A DNA stretch of 17,525 nucleotides, taken from Piromyces finnis finn. Taxonomy: Eukaryota; Fungi; Neocallimastigomycota. Made by a program: the position numbers and the translations under genes. The stretch is taken from assembly GCA_002104945.1 (NCBI GenBank), contig MCFH01000203.1:1-17525 (forward strand). The letters run 5' to 3'. The stretch's first letter is position 1, and the number at the start of each line of letters is the position of its first letter. Under the pieces are notes generated by a model that saw only the letters and a list, made by a program, of their open reading frames with translations, had not been told where the DNA came from and did no database searches. Below, piece by piece: positions 16,501 through 17,525 of this stretch.

Positions 16501-17525
16501 AAAAAAAATGGATAAATATAACACTTTAAAATGATATTTTATAATGAAATAATGTATGATATTTTAAGTGTTCCTTTTATTGTATTTAATTTTGATATTT
16601 TATTTTTTAAAAATTCATTCTATTGCATAAATTTCAAAAATGTTAATACTTTGAAATATATAATAAATAGTATTTTTTAAATTTAAACGAAGAACAGGTG
16701 AAATAATAATAAAAAAAAAAGAATATAATTATAAATAATTTGGTTATTAATTACTTAATTGCAAGTATATATATGTATATCATTTGTAAATTTTAGACTT
16801 CATTTTAATATATAAAAAAAATGAGTATTTCTTATTTAAAAATTTTTTTATTAATAAATTAAGAGTTATTTCTTACTGCCATAACTTTTTTTTTTTTTTT
16901 ATATCAAAAAAGTAGTACAAATAAAACTTTTTTTTATAGTTTATAATTTTATTTACATTTTAATTAATTTTTTTTAGTATTAATTTATTAATTGCATGTT
17001 GAATGTTCACTTGATTTTTATTAAATTTTTGAATGATGTTTGCTTATTCATTTTAATTAACATAGAGTTGAAAAGGAGCTTACGAAAAAAAATATAAATA
17101 TCAATTTATTTCACTTTTACTTTTTTATTATTTTTTTTTTTAATTTTATAAATAATCTTATTTTATTACAATTTCTGTAATTTATAATCTATATAATGTA
17201 TAATGATATCATTTATTGAGATAATAATTATAAATAAAATAAAGTAATTGTATATATAAAGGAATGAAGAAATTTTAAGCTAAAATATATTTAGTGAAGT
17301 TGTTGCTAGTAATTAAATCTATTAATAACAATTAAATACTATTATTAAACAACAACAATATCATTATTCATATTTAAATAGTTAAAAAGATTTATATCTA
17401 AAAATGATATAGAAAGATAAATTTATACTTTTAAAGCAGTATAAAATAATTTGTATAATAGATTTTTTTTTTTTGAAACAATCATAAAATTTGAAATAAT
17501 AAGTTAAAAAAATATATATATAATA

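Overview
Extremely AT-rich eukaryotic genomic DNA (roughly 85% A+T by eye) with GT-AG introns of about 80-190 nt. The composition, intron density and a flagellar-type coiled-coil gene fit an anaerobic gut fungus (Neocallimastigomycota); this taxon call is inference. Bases 1-6876 form a fold-back inverted repeat with essentially no spacer, centred near 3430. The arms differ almost only by 1-nt homopolymer indels, and the axis cuts through a gene, so a long-read or amplification fold-back artefact is more likely than real biology. Genes I can reconstruct by hand: (1) a multi-exon FIRRM/C1orf112/FLIP (DUF4487)-like gene on the minus strand (10193->4723) with an ~890-nt (AAT)n satellite intron, and its 3' part mirrored at 1-2148; (2) the 3' exons of a TPH-domain (CFAP53/trichoplein-like) gene, mirrored on both sides of the axis and lacking a 5' end; (3) an intronless METTL21-family methyltransferase (12464->11709); (4) a divergently transcribed three-exon quadruple-CX9C Mix14/CHCHD5-like gene (12970-13549). 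Several exons are broken at A/T runs, which points to an incompletely polished consensus. I found no recognisable gene in the last ~4 kb. I found no convincing new biological system. The most valuable leads are a FIRRM-like gene in a probable early-diverging fungus, a Mia40-type substrate in a probable hydrogenosome-bearing organism, and settling whether the palindrome is real.
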